From NCBI GenBank assembly GCA_004431415.1, contig QPMI01000455.1, forward strand, positions 19,510-83,509: DNA of 64,000 nucleotides. The letters run 5' to 3'. Source of the stretch: Cyanophora paradoxa CCMP329. Lineage: Eukaryota; Plantae; Glaucophyta. The notes under the pieces are model-generated. The model was not told where the DNA came from. It made no database searches and worked only from the letters and a program-made list of their open reading frames with translations. Both the position numbers and the translations under genes were made by a program. This document shows positions 43,601-55,204 of this stretch, piece by piece (within the stretch, counting starts at the first letter, position 1; every line of letters begins with the position of its first letter).

Positions 43601-46554
43601 GGGCTGCGTATTCGGAAATCCATACAATAATTGTATATAATATCTAACCGCGTTCTTTTCTTCAATAGATAACGCACGATTGAAAACGATAATTTCGGCA
43701 AGATCTCCATTAGCAACAGAAGAACCAAATGATGCAAAATTAGAAGGTGGAAGAAAATCACCCGATGATGTTCCAATATCAAATCCACCCATTCCTACGA
43801 CAATTTGCTCTGAGGAAACAGTGAAATCCCAATAATTCCACGAATTATAAGTATATGATGCATCGAATAATGGAGGAGTTGCATTTTCTATATCGTTTTG
43901 AATTTGTAGTGAAACACCAAACTTTTGATTTTTACAACCATATCCAATCCAATTTTGATAAGAACTATCCCTTATACTCAACATATAAGAAGGATTTGTT
44001 GTATTGATCCTACCTATAAAGAATAATGTAAGACCTAATGACCAATCTATTGAAACACTATTCCTATAAGCCATGTTTAATTCTTTCCCAATCGAAATTT
44101 GATTGTTCAGGGTTGCATTCAAATAATAATAAACAGTTTCCCAATTTGAATAATTTGTAAGATATGGTATCTGTGTAGTAACTCTGTTATATATCTGACC
44201 TTGATAATATATCAACTGACCATGTTGACCTGATGCTTTCCATGCAAATATACAATTTGGAATAATTGGGGCTGGATCAATGACAGTAGTAACAGCATAG
44301 TAAGGTCTATAAAGTATTTGTATAGTGTTTTGTGTTCCGATTGTTATATTTCGATACACTGTAAGATTACTTGTGTAAATATCATCTGCCATAGTTTTCT
44401 TGTCCAAATGTTACTTGCCCATAGGTTACTTGTATAAAGGTTACTGGTGTAGATATTGGAAGTGACTGTAAGGTTTGTGTCATTTTTGATCACAAAAAGA
44501 GAAAGAATATTTGTGAGTTCACCTTCATCAATATATCCTTGCTCTTCTAGATAATCCTCTGTGACTACTCTCGAAATGCTCTCATTGTGTATGTTTTTTG
44601 CAGCCATTCTTTGATTGGCTTCAAGAACCCCACCATAATTCGTTTTAATCCATGCAAGCTCTGCCCTTCCATAATTATCATTTGCAGTTCCCACTATGGG
44701 AATGTAGGAATACTTATCTCGACTGAAAACTATCATTGGTCTTGAACCATCTAAACTGCTTACATCTGCTACATGAACCTGTATAGCAGAGTTGTAATTT
44801 TGGTAGGTTGCTGGATCTGTTGGGACTCTGAATGTATCTGTGGGAATGTCAGCCTCCATGTAGCTTGACACAAAGATATTTGGTATGGTTGCTCCTGGTT
44901 CAGGTGGGGTTTCAAAAGAGCCTGGTAATGTCCTAATATGAAGTGGTCCTCTCATAGCTGAATTTGCAAGTGTCCCATTCACATGAACATAGTGTTCATT
45001 CAAAAAGATCCTTTCAGGGACATTGCAAGTCTGGTAAAGAGAAACCCCTAGGGTTGCCAAAGGCTCCACTTTTGCAAACTCTGGTTGGTCATTAATCTCA
45101 TCCCAAGTGTGTTCATGTTTGATTGGTGGAAATTCTTCTGGTATTCCATCAATTTCTCCCCAATCATGCCTGTGATCCTCTGGTGGATACTTTTGAGGTT
45201 TGCCTAAGATCTCATCCCAATCATGATTGTGATCCTCTGGGGGATACTTTGCAGGTTTATTATTAATTTGTTCATAATCTGGAAAGAATTCCCAAATCTC
45301 TGGGCGAAATCCATCAGGTAATAATTCTTCATGGGGTTCATATGGTTGCTCATAATCAACAGCTGGTGGATCATGACCATCTGGTAAATACTCCTCATCA
45401 GGTTCATAGTTCTGCTCATACTCAAACTCTTGTGGATCTAAGCCATCTGGTAGTATCTCCTCCTCATTGGGATCATATTGATCGTATTCATATTCTTGTG
45501 GGTCAAAACCATCTGGTAAATATTCTTCCTCATCTGGAACGAATTGATATTCATCAAGCTCTAATATATCGACTTCAGGAGGTAAATACTGCTCATCTAT
45601 TTGCTTTCTGGGTTCAATTATAGGTTTATTGCGAACTTGCTCCCAACTCACAATATGCTGCCCAAAGGCTACATCTTCAGTTGCTGTGTATTCTCTTCCA
45701 GGCTGCTTCTTTGGTGTTAAATCGGGAGGTCCATTGGGAAATGGAATAGGGAATGGGACAGTAGGTCCATTGGGACCATAATGCTCAATGATTTCTCTTA
45801 GGGTTTTCTCACTAACAAGCTTCTCACCATTTGCATACACATTGCTGCCATGGATATTTCGCCATTGCCTGGTTCGAATTCCAAGGTCTTTCACATTGCT
45901 ATACAAAGGCAAAAGGTGCCTATCCATTTCGACTAGATCAGGATGTAAATGGATTGCTACTGGTTGACTGGGGCTACTGTTGATTGTAATTGATGGCTTT
46001 TTTTGATGGACATCTTTTGGAGTAAAAAACCCAAAAGGCTCATTCCTCGCAAAGTCATATGTAATATCCTTGGGGTATACATCATTTGTGTAGGAGACCT
46101 GATTTGTATTGGCAATGGGACCCACTTGCAATACTTGGGGGACCTCAGCTTTTGCAGTGCTGCCCTCATTGTAAATTCGTAAAGCTGTGTTCTGTTTGCC
46201 CTGCTCATCTTGAACATTGAAAATCAATCGACCACTATCGAACCTGGAAGGTATATCTGGATGGGTGCCACTGGTTTTTAGTTTCCTAGGTCTCCTTCTT
46301 GTTGCTTTGATCTCTGCCACTTGGTTTGCTTTCACATTACCCAAACTAAAAGCAACACTGACATCCTCTTTATCTGGATCGGTTTGATTCACAGATAAAG
46401 CATGCTCCCTTGATTGAGTCTTTGATGAATTATCAGAGCTGTGGTCAATTGAAACTGAACCCTTTACTTTAATATTATCAAAGTTCACATGCTTGGTGCT
46501 GCTTGCATTATCATCTTGAATGGTTTCTAGATTGGGTGGGTAATTGAAGCTCAT
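40664..46554 (-). CDS. Large fibre protein with S74 chaperone (copy B), frameshift at ~44395
   Basis: ORFs 44344-46554 and 40664-44407 together match the copy A fibre. Confidence 0.85.
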
Positions 46555-46597
46555 GGCTTTTACTATATGGATTTATAAAATTCCTGATAAGTAAAAG

Positions 46598-48154
46598 ATG
46601 CCTCTCAAGGTCGCTTTAGCTTTATCAGGGGGAGGTGCAAGGGGCATTATCATAACCAGGCTGCTCAAAGAAATCGAAAATCGAACTGGCAGGAGAATAA
46701 TCGATCTTGTGGATCTTGTGAGTGGAACTTCCACTGGTGGGATCATTGCAATAGGTTTGAATATAAGGCATCCTGATAGACCAGGTGAACCTAAACTGAC
46801 AGCGAACGATTTACACAATATTTACCTAACTCAACTGCCCTTGATTTTCGCAAATCCTCGAAATATAATCGAAAATGCCCTTTTTAATACAAAGTATGAT
46901 GTGGGACCCTTGGAGACTGCAATCAATTCAGTTACTGGTGAATCACTAATACAGGATTCCCTAAAGGACATTGTGATTACATCCTTTGATACTCAGAATA
47001 TGAAACCAATATTTATCACAAATGACAACAATTACAACTTTATGCCTTGTAAGATTGCTGCTAGGGCTACTTCTGCTGCTCCTACATATTTCTCTCCTGT
47101 AAGCATTGTTGATTTCAATCGGGGAGTATTTGTCTGTCTCATTGATGGTGCCATTTCGGGAAACAATAATCCCAGTGTGTGTGGTTACAGCCATGCAAAG
47201 AAGATTTACAGTGATGATGATGATATTATAGTAATAAGCATCTCTTGTGGAGAGGTGGACCCACATTTAGAGTCTGATTATGTGGGTTATGCTTATGAGA
47301 CTGTCAACAGCTGGGGCATTCTCTCATGGATTGCCTCAACAGATGGAAGCCCATTGATTAACATGCTCATGGCTGCAAGTGAGCTTTCTGCCCTTGATAA
47401 GATGGAGGAGTTGTTACCCTACAACTATGATCAGGATTATGGGAGATACTATAGGCTATCAGTGCCTCTTCCAAATCATATAGTAAGCTCCCTGGATGAC
47501 ACTTCTAAAATCCCAGATATGCTGTCTTTCACAGAAACCTACATTGCAGCAAACAATGATATGATCAATAAGCTTTGCAGCCTTCTAGTAGCAAACTATG
47601 AACTAAAGAACCCTACAAAGGCTTACATTTCATCCACTCTCACTACATCACCTCCTTTAGATGCTAATTGGTATCAGCTTGCAGATGATGCCTTTACTGC
47701 CTCATCCTCTGTGACAGGTAAAGAGCCTTTCATGGCTAGACCTTCAGCATTTGGCTGGGAAGCTGGAGCCTATGCTCCTGAACAGATATGGGAAACCCCC
47801 ACTGAATACCTTCAAGTTGCTTTCCCATATACTTTTGAACTCTCTTCTGTGATTGCATATGGATCAGGGGACACCAATGCTTTTATTAAGACTTTCAATG
47901 TGGCAACATCCACTGATGGGATTAACTGGTCTTTTATTCGATCAGATGGGCAGAACAAAATATATGTCTGTGAGAACATTAACAATGCTCACAACTCAGG
48001 TGATATGGCTCTATTGAGTGGATTTCCTCTCAGCATCAAGGATGCTTTTTACATAGGTTATTCTCTGAGAATCAAATATATTCGCATTTATCCCCTTGTG
48101 TATGTGAATGCTCCCACAATGAGAGTTGACTTTACAGGTGCCTTTATTCGATAA
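46598..48154 (+). CDS. Patatin-like phospholipase - discoidin fusion (intact)
   Basis: LALSGGGARG, GTSTGG, DGA plus C-terminal F5/8C-like domain. Confidence 0.9.
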   Translation: MPLKVALALSGGGARGIIITRLLKEIENRTGRRIIDLVDLVSGTSTGGIIAIGLNIRHPDRPGEPKLTANDLHNIYLTQLPLIFANPRNIIENALFNTKYDVGPLETAINSVTGESLIQDSLKDIVITSFDTQNMKPIFITNDNNYNFMPCKIAARATSAAPTYFSPVSIVDFNRGVFVCLIDGAISGNNNPSVCGYSHAKKIYSDDDDIIVISISCGEVDPHLESDYVGYAYETVNSWGILSWIASTDGSPLINMLMAASELSALDKMEELLPYNYDQDYGRYYRLSVPLPNHIVSSLDDTSKIPDMLSFTETYIAANNDMINKLCSLLVANYELKNPTKAYISSTLTTSPPLDANWYQLADDAFTASSSVTGKEPFMARPSAFGWEAGAYAPEQIWETPTEYLQVAFPYTFELSSVIAYGSGDTNAFIKTFNVATSTDGINWSFIRSDGQNKIYVCENINNAHNSGDMALLSGFPLSIKDAFYIGYSLRIKYIRIYPLVYVNAPTMRVDFTGAFIR

Positions 48155-49076
48155 ACTCCAACTGAAACGAATTATCGATTCCATTCATATCAATCAGTTC
48201 ACCAAAGTAATCTTTAAACTCCACAGTGAGTTCCCTTATCACCAGGTTTCTGTCATTGATTTGAATAAATTCTGCATGCTCACCACTATGGTAAACATAG
48301 CCACCTATATCTTTACTCAATTGCAATCGTAGGATAGCCCCCTGGTTATGTGGTTGCGATTTCGGAATTATATTGTGTCTACTTGCAAAGGGGGCAAGCT
48401 CTCTAATATGCATGTACAGATACTGCTCAGCATTCATATCAGACATCTTCCTGCTGTCAAAATAATACTGCAAGGGCTTTGAGGAGAGTCTGGGTCCTGA
48501 GAAGGTGATTCCCCATGCTGGGTGATCAGGTGTAATAGGTTTGCCATCATACTTTAAAAGGTTCTCAGGTCGATAGGGAGATCCACCAACAGGAGGAGTG
48601 CTATAATACCCAGTGGTGTATTCAGTAGAACTCACACCCAAAAGCTTCCCTATTCGCTTGTTGCTTGCAATAAAACGGAACTCATGGTTACTGTAAAACT
48701 CCACTTTATAGGTAGTTGGATTGTAGAATATCTTGAACTCAAAAGCAACTGTTTTTCCTGCAATGGTTTGGAAGCTTGAATAGTTCAGCCCATAATTATA
48801 GGGATGTGTGACCCCAAAATGACCCTGGTTAATGTAGCCACTGGGAAGGGGATACACTTTCTGTGTGATGATTTCATTGTATGAACCATCTTGGTAATTA
48901 AACTGAACTGTTAGATGATCAGTTCCCACACTGTTATAGATACTGTTTGGAATCTCTGCATAGAGAACCCTGCATTCCCTTGGTCTCTCTACTGGAGTTG
49001 TGAGAGTGACCCTGTAAGAGTTTTCATTTTGTCCTTGGCTTCTATCCCTGCTATCAATATTAACAAGTCGATTCAT
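48144..49076 (-). CDS. Minor capsid (penton-like) protein 2 (copy B)
   Basis: Orthologue of 12316-13248. Confidence 0.75.
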   Translation of the reverse strand: MNRLVNIDSRDRSQGQNENSYRVTLTTPVERPRECRVLYAEIPNSIYNSVGTDHLTVQFNYQDGSYNEIITQKVYPLPSGYINQGHFGVTHPYNYGLNYSSFQTIAGKTVAFEFKIFYNPTTYKVEFYSNHEFRFIASNKRIGKLLGVSSTEYTTGYYSTPPVGGSPYRPENLLKYDGKPITPDHPAWGITFSGPRLSSKPLQYYFDSRKMSDMNAEQYLYMHIRELAPFASRHNIIPKSQPHNQGAILRLQLSKDIGGYVYHSGEHAEFIQINDRNLVIRELTVEFKDYFGELIDMNGIDNSFQLEFIE

Positions 49077-49105
49077 TTTAATATATAAATATAGATAAAA
49101 GAAGA

Positions 49106-50116
49106 ATGCCTGTGGATTACATCGAGGTTAGCTCATTTAATACAATCTCTGGTGATGGTCCCACATCAAGCTTTGTGGCTAGACTCCCCAGTAGTTATGA
49201 GAATGTGAGGGCTGTGAGACTGGTCTCAGCCGAATTTTATAACAGCATCCCTATGGTGAGTGGTGAAACCAAAGCAGGAGATGTCACAGTTGATAACACA
49301 TTTAGTATTTATTATTCGGAACAAACTCCAGGAGCTGGAAGCTCAGGAATTCCAACAACTCGCCCAGCTGCTGATTTTGAACAATGGAAACAATTCATGG
49401 TAAATCGCGAGACCCCCATCCAAAGCCACCAACAGCTGGTGAATGTAATCAACTCAAAATTCATTGGCAGAACTCCCCAACCATCCATTCGCTGCAAATG
49501 GGATGAGTCACTGAAACGAATTATATTCCACTCGGCAGTGCCTTTTTACCTGGCTTTCTCACTTGCTGTAAACCCAAGCCAACAAACAATCCAAAAGCTA
49601 TTGAGTTCAGCTAGACTGCTTGGTCTTGATCCTGGAAGATATGGGAATTCCCCAATCAAATCCCAAGTTTATGATGCTCTAACTGATGGAATCTTTACTG
49701 ATGGTCGAGTGAATGGCATTATATCTTCTTTTGAGCCTGAGAAGACCAGGGACAGTGTTTTGTTTGTGAGAGTAAAGGAGCTGGGTGATCTGGTGCAATG
49801 TGGGGATGGTCTCTTAACTGGTTACTTCCATAAAATAGTGGTCCCTGACAAAGATTATGGTGAGCATGTAGTTTATAATTCAACAGAGGCTCATCCACTT
49901 TACAAATACTATAATAAGAAGGTTGGATTATCCACTTTTTCGGTTGATATTGTTAATGCTGTAAATGAACCAATTGATTTTGAGGGTCAACCTGTTCATC
50001 TGACCTTTGAAATTCGCTATGGTGATGAGCCAGCTGGGGACCCAGTTTATGAATACTTTAAGATGAGAATGTCGCAGCTTCACCCTTCCTATCCAGTTAT
50101 TACAAGCTTCGCATAA
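49106..50116 (+). CDS. Minor capsid (penton-like) protein 1 (copy B, intact)
   Basis: 336-aa ORF. Confidence 0.7.
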   Translation: MPVDYIEVSSFNTISGDGPTSSFVARLPSSYENVRAVRLVSAEFYNSIPMVSGETKAGDVTVDNTFSIYYSEQTPGAGSSGIPTTRPAADFEQWKQFMVNRETPIQSHQQLVNVINSKFIGRTPQPSIRCKWDESLKRIIFHSAVPFYLAFSLAVNPSQQTIQKLLSSARLLGLDPGRYGNSPIKSQVYDALTDGIFTDGRVNGIISSFEPEKTRDSVLFVRVKELGDLVQCGDGLLTGYFHKIVVPDKDYGEHVVYNSTEAHPLYKYYNKKVGLSTFSVDIVNAVNEPIDFEGQPVHLTFEIRYGDEPAGDPVYEYFKMRMSQLHPSYPVITSFA

Positions 50117-50169
50117 ATTAAGGATCATTGGTAGATTTTTTATGTTGCAGTATAATAAAAGAGAATATA

Positions 50170-51540
50170 ATGGATATCACTTCCACTCTTCAAAGACTTT
50201 CGCTGAAAGAAGCCCTAACAACCCCAGAGGAGGCGAAAGCCTTTTTCCTGGATAACTCCCTTATGCTTGGTCTCAAATCCAAGTCTAAGCCAGTTCTAGT
50301 TGTTGTGAATCCCAGCAATACTTTTGAGAATAATGTAGGAAATCGCATTTCCTTCAAGCTACCTCGCTACAATTTCTGTGGAAAACTCGAACTTGCTTTC
50401 GACCTTCCAGCTATTACTTTTGCTGGTGATACTGACCTAGTTCGAAATGGATACACTCGCCCTGTCGGTGCTTTAGTTCAGCGACTTGAAATTACCTATG
50501 GATCTTACACCTACCACATCCCCTCTGATTTCCTTGCTCATTTCCCCCTGGTCTATTACTCGGAGGATCAACTAGCTAAAAAGAAACGCTCAATGGGCAT
50601 GGTTCATGGTATCCCTGCTCATGGAACTAACCGACTTGGTGGCTCATTCTTTGTTGAAATCCCAGTGCCTTGGCTAAATCACTATCTTCCCCTTGGTGCT
50701 TTATCTGGTGAAATGGTTGTTACTGTTTGGTTTAAGGATGCTGACAAGGGTTATGTCGAAACTTCCTATGGTGGTCGTGGTCTTACTGTTGCAGCAGCTG
50801 ATGTAGATTATTCAAAAGATGATGGTCTTGGAACTGCCCCTGCTGAAACTGTTCTGGCAAATGTTGGTCAAAACATCACAGACTTTACTCTTGGTGCAAC
50901 AACCCCTGTCATTTCTATTACTTCTCCTCGCCTTTACATGCATGCTATTAATGTTTCTGATGAGCTTTTCGCTACTGTAATTGAAAAGGTTAAGACTACT
51001 GGCATGGCTATTCCTGCTCTAGACATTGGGTTTGTTGATGCTAGTGCTTTCCCTGCCAAGGGCAATGCCCAACCCAATCGAATTAACCTCTCTCAAATCT
51101 CAGGTCTTGTATATGCTCTGCTTGTTTCAGTTCGTGATAATGCAACTGTTGACAAAGCCACTGGCTCCCACAGTGTTCTTAAGACCTATGCCAACTCCAA
51201 AGAGATAACATTCACAACTGAAATAAATGGTCAGCGACTTTTTGCCACTGAGCCAATTTCCCTACTCAAAGGTGCTGAGCTAATTGCTGATGCCTTCAAA
51301 TGCTCTAACATGGATAAGGTTGCTGATCGCTATGTCCTTTCAGGATTGCCTTTCTGCCTTGATGGAGAAAAGGCGATTCGAAATATTGCCCAGTCTGGTT
51401 ATGTTGATTTAACAAATTCCTCCTCTTCATTCCTCACCCTCTACATGCCTTCAGATAAGGTAATCGATGTTAATGTTCGCGCTCTCATGCATAGCTTTAT
51501 TATTGTCGACAAAGATGGTTTACGCAGAATTAATTTATAG
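50170..51540 (+). CDS. Probable major capsid protein (copy B)
   Basis: Orthologue of 9853-11223; ATG at 50170. Confidence 0.75.
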   Translation: MDITSTLQRLSLKEALTTPEEAKAFFLDNSLMLGLKSKSKPVLVVVNPSNTFENNVGNRISFKLPRYNFCGKLELAFDLPAITFAGDTDLVRNGYTRPVGALVQRLEITYGSYTYHIPSDFLAHFPLVYYSEDQLAKKKRSMGMVHGIPAHGTNRLGGSFFVEIPVPWLNHYLPLGALSGEMVVTVWFKDADKGYVETSYGGRGLTVAAADVDYSKDDGLGTAPAETVLANVGQNITDFTLGATTPVISITSPRLYMHAINVSDELFATVIEKVKTTGMAIPALDIGFVDASAFPAKGNAQPNRINLSQISGLVYALLVSVRDNATVDKATGSHSVLKTYANSKEITFTTEINGQRLFATEPISLLKGAELIADAFKCSNMDKVADRYVLSGLPFCLDGEKAIRNIAQSGYVDLTNSSSSFLTLYMPSDKVIDVNVRALMHSFIIVDKDGLRRINL

Positions 51541-51612
51541 ATTGTTACGATATATCGTAAGGCATTTAAGGAAAAAGTGATTATTTATTTTTGAAAACAT
51601 TTAAAAAGTCAA

Positions 51613-52544
51613 ATGTCGCATACTCGTGAAACTTTCATAGCCAAGGCTATTCAGGTCCATGGTGAAAAGTATGATTATTCGAAAGTTGAATTTCATGGGT
51701 AATGAAGAAAATTACTATAGTCTGCAGAATTTGCAACACTGAGTTTATTCAAGCTGCCCATAGTCACATAAACTCTAAATGTGGCTGTCCAGCTTGTGGG
51801 AATATCAAAAAAGGAAAATCGCATAGGTTGACTCAAGATGAGTTTGTTGAAAGGGCCAAGCAGAAACATAAAGATCTGTACGATTATTCGGAGTCTGTTT
51901 ATATAAGGACAGATGACCCTATAACAATTTTCTGCAAGAAATGTCAGGAATATTTCACTCAAAAGCCACACAAACACATGCAAGGAGATGGGCATGCAAA
52001 ATGTAAAATGGATCGCATCAAAGATAAGTTGCAAATGGGGATTGAGAAGTTTACAGAGAGGGCATTAAAACTCTACGGGGATAACTATGACTTATCTAAA
52101 GCTGAGTATGTTAATGCAAGAACAAAAGTTACCATTATCTGTAAGAAGTGTGATCTTGAATTCAAAAAGACACCAAGCGATTTTCTCAATGGGTATGGCT
52201 GTCTGTCATGTAGATCGTCTATTGGTGAGACGAAAGTTCAAGCAGCCCTAAAAGAAATTGGTTTAGACTTCTCAATATCCCACAGATTTCCTGATTGCAA
52301 GCATAAAAGAGTTCTCCCATTCGATATTTATATTCCATCTCTCAAAATTGCAATTGAATATGATGGTATACAACATTTCAAACCTGTGGAACAGTTTGGA
52401 GGTCAGAAGGCCTTTGAAGATACCCAAATTCGTGATGGAATTAAAAATCGGTACTGTGAAGCTAATAATATCAAACTCCTAAGAATCCCATTCACCGAAA
52501 CTGATATTGAGGGCTGCATTAAACGATTTCTATCTCACCTGTAA
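51613..52544 (+). CDS. Putative homing endonuclease: DUF723-like Zn repeats plus PD-(D/E)xK (Vsr/DUF559-like) domain; only in copy B
   Basis: Three F..KA...HG..YDYS..C..C repeats (frameshift at ~51700), then SIGE..LPFDIYIP..IAIEYDGIQHF..KNRYC..IKLLRI. Confidence 0.85.
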
Positions 52545-52597
52545 ACCATTTTCAGTCTCCCTGCATTATTTTTATCTGTCTCTTTATAGAGAGAACC

Positions 52598-53380
52598 ATG
52601 AACGATTTGGATGAATTTGTGGCTGGTGAAATGATTAATCCCCCTTTTCGAGTCCTAGCAATTGGTAAATCAGCAACTGGTAAATCAGAAGCTGTAAAGT
52701 ATTGGTTGAAGCAACTGCATGATGCCAAAAAGATTGATGTTGTATTAGTTGTGAGTGGGACTAGCTTCAATCATTTCTGGGATAAAGTGGCAACACTGCA
52801 ACTGGGAAAGTGGGATGCCCCTTACATTGCTAAATTGCTAGATGAGAGGCAAGAGAAAATAGAAAAGGGCGAACCTGTTAACCAATTGTGTGTTGTTCTA
52901 GATGATTTAATCGATAATGAGATAGTAGATTTGACCAGGGATAAAATAATTGGATCTTTGTATTCCAGAGGTCGCCATTCGAAAATATCCATTATCTGCA
53001 TCACACAAAAGCTAAGGAAAGTCTCTTCGACTATTCGAGTTAATTCGGACTATGCTATGTTTTTAAGTGCTGCAAATCGCAAAGAACTTGAAGCCATAGA
53101 GGAAGAATACAATATAATGCGAGATAAGGATGCTTTCTATAAACTATTTGAGGAATATGTACATTCTTATCAGTTTCTGATCTGGAGTTCTGCTGATTAT
53201 TCGGTTAAATACTATGTAGATAAAGCCGACCTTGTCAAAGATTTCCCATTTCCTCGCTTCCACAGGAAACCCAAAAAGAAAGAAGATGAACTGAAACCAC
53301 CAGAGAAAGAGGAAGCCCCCAAAGAAGTTAAAAGCCAAGTTCATACTAATAAATTGATGCGATATAAGCGCGGTTTATAA
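52598..53380 (+). CDS. A32-like packaging ATPase (copy B)
   Basis: GKSATGKS, VVLDD, RGRH. Confidence 0.92.
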   Translation: MNDLDEFVAGEMINPPFRVLAIGKSATGKSEAVKYWLKQLHDAKKIDVVLVVSGTSFNHFWDKVATLQLGKWDAPYIAKLLDERQEKIEKGEPVNQLCVVLDDLIDNEIVDLTRDKIIGSLYSRGRHSKISIICITQKLRKVSSTIRVNSDYAMFLSAANRKELEAIEEEYNIMRDKDAFYKLFEEYVHSYQFLIWSSADYSVKYYVDKADLVKDFPFPRFHRKPKKKEDELKPPEKEEAPKEVKSQVHTNKLMRYKRGL

Positions 53381-53408
53381 AATTATCTCTCATTCTAATA
53401 AAGATACA

Positions 53409-54143
53409 ATGCCTCCCAAACGAAAGATAGGGATCCCAGCTGGGGCTGTTGGCTATTCAGGTGGTGGAAACAATGGATCCATCAACACAGACCCACTGAA
53501 GTTCAATGGTATGAATGAGGTGAAGCCCTCACAACAACAAGAAGACCCCCTCAATGCTGCCTATGAAGAATCATTCGATGACAAAGCCCCACAGGCTTCA
53601 ACCAGTGACCAACTCAATATCTCACCAGAAGCTTCGAAAATGAAGGCTGTTGCAGAGGGTGCCAGGCGAATTATTGGTGCTGCTGATGATAAAGGTTTAG
53701 GCTTACAAGATCTTTCACTTACCCGCAAAGGTGAAGGTCTCACTAAGGAATCAGACAAGGTTATCCAGTCTATGGCTGGTGAAGTCACATACAAGACTGC
53801 TCCCACTCAGAATGTTCATCGAATCCCCAAGGCTCAATGGGATGAGATGACTGCTAAACTCAAAGACTTGGAAGCCAAATCCAGTGCCTTGGAGCAGTAT
53901 GTTACTGAGAAGAAAGAGAGGGCTAAGCTTAAGGAGATGCTTCGAAAGGAAGTATTCAAAATGGGTATTACCGGTGTCCCAGATAAACAGTTTATTGCTA
54001 AGAAAGAGAACCAAATCGATGAGCAAGCAGTAGATGAAATGAAAACAAAGACCCAGAAGGGAACTATTGAGCCTGGTGCCACCAAAGCTGAAGTCGAAAA
54101 AGGTGTAGCCCCCACAGTATATAAACGACGAGTTTGGCTTTAA
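53409..54143 (+). CDS. Hypothetical 244-aa protein (copy B)
   Basis: Orthologue of 8243-8977. Confidence 0.75.
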   Translation: MPPKRKIGIPAGAVGYSGGGNNGSINTDPLKFNGMNEVKPSQQQEDPLNAAYEESFDDKAPQASTSDQLNISPEASKMKAVAEGARRIIGAADDKGLGLQDLSLTRKGEGLTKESDKVIQSMAGEVTYKTAPTQNVHRIPKAQWDEMTAKLKDLEAKSSALEQYVTEKKERAKLKEMLRKEVFKMGITGVPDKQFIAKKENQIDEQAVDEMKTKTQKGTIEPGATKAEVEKGVAPTVYKRRVWL

Positions 54144-54165
54144 TTTTCTCTTGCTTATTAGAGAC

Positions 54166-54438
54166 ATGGATATAATACGAAAGTTTATTGAGATGCTCAG
54201 TCTGCATGTGGTAAGCAATTGCCACAGTGGATGCTGTGACACAACAATAGAGTTTGAGATGTCAGATACAGAGGATAATGCCTCAGAAGCAAGAGAGAGA
54301 AGAAGATCAACAGTGTCTGTGGAGTCAATGCCAGCAGACCCCACAGAGTATACATATGAGCAACAGGAGTATCCAAGGAGAAGTTCTTTACCTGGTGAAA
54401 ACGTTTTCTCTGCAAATATTAATGGAGGATACAATTAG
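54166..54438 (+). CDS. Small hypothetical protein (copy B)
   Basis: Orthologue of 7948-8220. Confidence 0.65.
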   Translation: MDIIRKFIEMLSLHVVSNCHSGCCDTTIEFEMSDTEDNASEARERRRSTVSVESMPADPTEYTYEQQEYPRRSSLPGENVFSANINGGYN

Positions 54439-54667
54439 TTTAATCGAGTTTACCAATGATGAGCCTTTAACTGAGGGTGCTATTAGACACATACTGGCAA
54501 AGCAGAAACGATATAGAGAGGACCCAGAATATAGAGAGTATAAGAAACAACAAGCTTTGGCATCCTATTATCGAAGAAAAGCCCAAAAAGAGGAGCAGAG
54601 ACCTAGAGGGAGACCGATTAAATATTATTTGCCCACTGATAGTAGCAATGGACCCCCAGGTCTATAA
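54422..54667 (+). CDS. Small basic AT-hook-like protein (copy B)
   Basis: Orthologue of 7719-7964. Confidence 0.65.
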   Translation: MEDTISLIEFTNDEPLTEGAIRHILAKQKRYREDPEYREYKKQQALASYYRRKAQKEEQRPRGRPIKYYLPTDSSNGPPGL

Positions 54668-54754
54668 GATAATTGAGAAAAAGCGGTCTCAGTATGCCAC
54701 TGAGGCAGCTATAAAAATATATACAAAGGAATTGGCTTTATACTTGCAATCAAG

Positions 54755-54976
54755 TCACAGATAAGTTTTGTAAATTTGCTTTTGTAATTTTTTGTTTGCA
54801 TTCTCTGACACTGAAACAGTTATGTGAATGTTAACTGATCTATTTCTCTTTGGTTTCGCTGCATACATATTGTAACCTATCAATCTCTGTGACATTTCGA
54901 TATATGCTCCAATATCTCCATGCTTAATGCATTTATCTAACTCAGTCATGGTCATTTCATCAAGAGTTTTTGCCAT
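54755..54976 (-). CDS. Small hypothetical protein (copy B)
   Basis: Orthologue of 7404-7625. Confidence 0.6.
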   Translation of the reverse strand: MAKTLDEMTMTELDKCIKHGDIGAYIEMSQRLIGYNMYAAKPKRNRSVNIHITVSVSENANKKLQKQIYKTYL

Positions 54977-55042
54977 TTTGTCTTCACTATACACAATCAA
55001 GTAAGCCTTAAGTATTCTTGTCAAATTTTGGTCTTTTTCGAT

Positions 55043-55150
55043 AGGTGTGACAGGTGTGACAGGTGTGACAGGTCTATCCCATCGATTTTGAAAATCAACT
55101 TTTCACCAGGGCTTTCCTTGGATAGACCTGTCACACCTGTCACACAAACC
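55043..55150. repeat. Palindromic iteron-like element (TGACAGG units) after primase-helicase
   Basis: (ggtgtgaca)x3 ggtctatcc ... ggatagacctgtcacacctgtcacac. Confidence 0.8.
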
Positions 55151-55204
55151 ATTTTCAGTAAGGCTATAAAAATATATGTAAATCTCAATCATCAATCGCT
55201 TTGT

